64,000 nt of DNA. Origin: Antedon mediterranea. Lineage: Eukaryota; Animalia; Echinodermata. Below the pieces are notes generated by a model. The model saw only the letters and a program-made list of their open reading frames with translations. It had not been told where the DNA came from and ran no database searches. A program made the position numbers and the translations under genes. The stretch spans positions 36,010,388-36,074,387 of the forward strand of contig NC_092670.1 in the NCBI RefSeq assembly GCF_964355755.1. Reading direction: 5' to 3'. Below are positions 63,420 through 64,000 of this stretch, piece after piece (positions within the stretch are counted from its first letter, which is position 1; every line of letters begins with the position of its first letter).

Positions 63420-64000
63420 CTAATAATTGCGTTCGTTGCACTGAACTTTTAACACACAAATACAGACATGCATTTCTGCATTTCACACACACTCCATCCC
63501 TCTACCCACTTTCGTCAATAAGGGATTACCACTTTAAATCAATATGCTTTATTGCATTATGCTTTATCAATATACTTTATATTTAACTCACACATACAAA
63601 ACGTATTTTTACTTACGAGCTCATGTGTGCTAATTTGCAATAGTCTAACCAATGTTGCAATAATGAATAAGCCTCGATTCAAAACACGTTACTTGTTTTT
63701 TTGTTTGGTAGAGTAGAATTAGCTTTGTAGTGTTATTTGTTTTACACGTTCTTTCTGAAATTAAATCTGCCGATCCGAAAATTAATTTTGTCAGTTTGTC
63801 GAGTTTTTGCAAGTATAACGTATACTAAACCTTCGTATACAATACGATTTCATTTGTTTTTCTTTTTGGTCCACGTGTCATTACTAATAAGGGCCTCAAC
63901 ACTTTCTATTCTGAGCCAACACCCTATCAATCCTAAACCCGGGCCTAAACCGCGTTTTTAAACGACAATATTAGCCTAATAGCACTTACTTCAAAAAGGA

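Overview
AT-rich, intron-rich animal genomic DNA, probably an invertebrate deuterostome such as an echinoderm (inference). There are five host genes. (1) TTC39C, 12 coding exons, 5611-30080, +. (2, 3) Two tandem class-III sugar porters of the SLC2A8/GLUT8/Tret1 type with identical 8-exon structure, 38602-50080 and 51095-56584, +. (4) A secreted six-repeat FG-GAP beta-propeller gene nested antisense in intron 5 of the first transporter, 46807-43567, -. (5) A divergent beta-tubulin, 61237-63113, +. Most of the rest is mobile DNA: a decayed and an intact EN-RT LINE (the intact one has a 2A-like motif and a PHD finger), an internally deleted AcademX-type DNA transposon, nested 9-bp-TSD foldback MITEs, TTAA/TWA/AT-target MITE families, tRNA-derived SINEs, a Helentron-like element and three hammerhead-ribozyme repeats. 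The most unusual signal is an excess of two TA-flanked words. TACWGTA behaves as a 5-bp insertion at two sites with internal controls, consistent with Tc1/mariner excision footprints. TAGGCCTA clusters near gene 5' ends. All coordinates and counts were made by eye, and repeat edges may be off by a few bases.
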